From contig NW_021835103.1 in NCBI RefSeq assembly GCF_006345805.1, forward strand, positions 1-52,815: 52,815 bases of DNA, read 5' to 3'. The position numbers were made by a program, and so were the translations under genes. Shown one piece after another: positions 52,563 to 52,815 of the stretch. Below the pieces are notes generated by a model. That model saw nothing but the letters and a program-made list of their open reading frames with translations. It had not been told where the DNA came from and did not search any database. Position 1 is the stretch's first letter; each line of letters begins with the position of its first letter. This stretch comes from Octopus sinensis. Lineage: Eukaryota.

Positions 52563-52751
52563 ATGTCCTGCAGCGAAAATTTAACACGGTCGTTCAACTT
52601 GCTAGAAATAGCAACTAAATTATCGCCCTCAGACCATAATAATTAAAGAACTGAAATTAAAAATACAGGATAATGCAGGTCGGGATAAATAATTTCAGAG
52701 AGAAAAACATCTAAGGAAGGAAAAATAGAAAAAAAAGAAAAAGGATAATCG

Positions 52752-52815
52752 CAGACATGGCTGTGGGGTAAGAAGCTCGCTTTGCAATCAAGTGGTCTTT
52801 TGGGTTCGGTTCCAC
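52752..52815 (+). mobile_element. Diverged SINE A-like head at the window edge
   Basis: cgcagacatggctgtggggtaagaagctcgct...gggttcggttccac. Confidence 0.5.

Overview
AT-rich, microsatellite-saturated animal DNA. The repeat content is typical of an octopod cephalopod (inferred from resemblance to Octopus tRNA-derived SINEs; not database-checked). I recognise no intact host protein-coding gene, rRNA, true tRNA or CRISPR array. Most ORFs in the track are translations of (TA)n/(CA)n/(TCTA)n/(ACC)n/(ATC)n repeats. The window is a nested transposon graveyard. It holds four tRNA-derived SINE families (here called A-D), several decayed Tc1/mariner elements (one Tc1 with a spliceosomal intron, one maT/DD37D-like), hAT and foldback MITEs, a non-autonomous Helitron, two R4/Dong-like RLE-LINE fragments flanking an (AAT)n array, and several Penelope-like (PLE) fragments. 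The most notable signal is RNA-structural: five minimal type I hammerhead-ribozyme motifs. Two have canonical cores (44699-44759 and 49247-49294). Two related copies share a compensatory U3:A8 core (22224-22266 and 36752-36796, minus strand). One is degenerate (10778-10814). All folds and translations were done by eye, and long-element boundaries are approximate unless a TSD or TIR is quoted.
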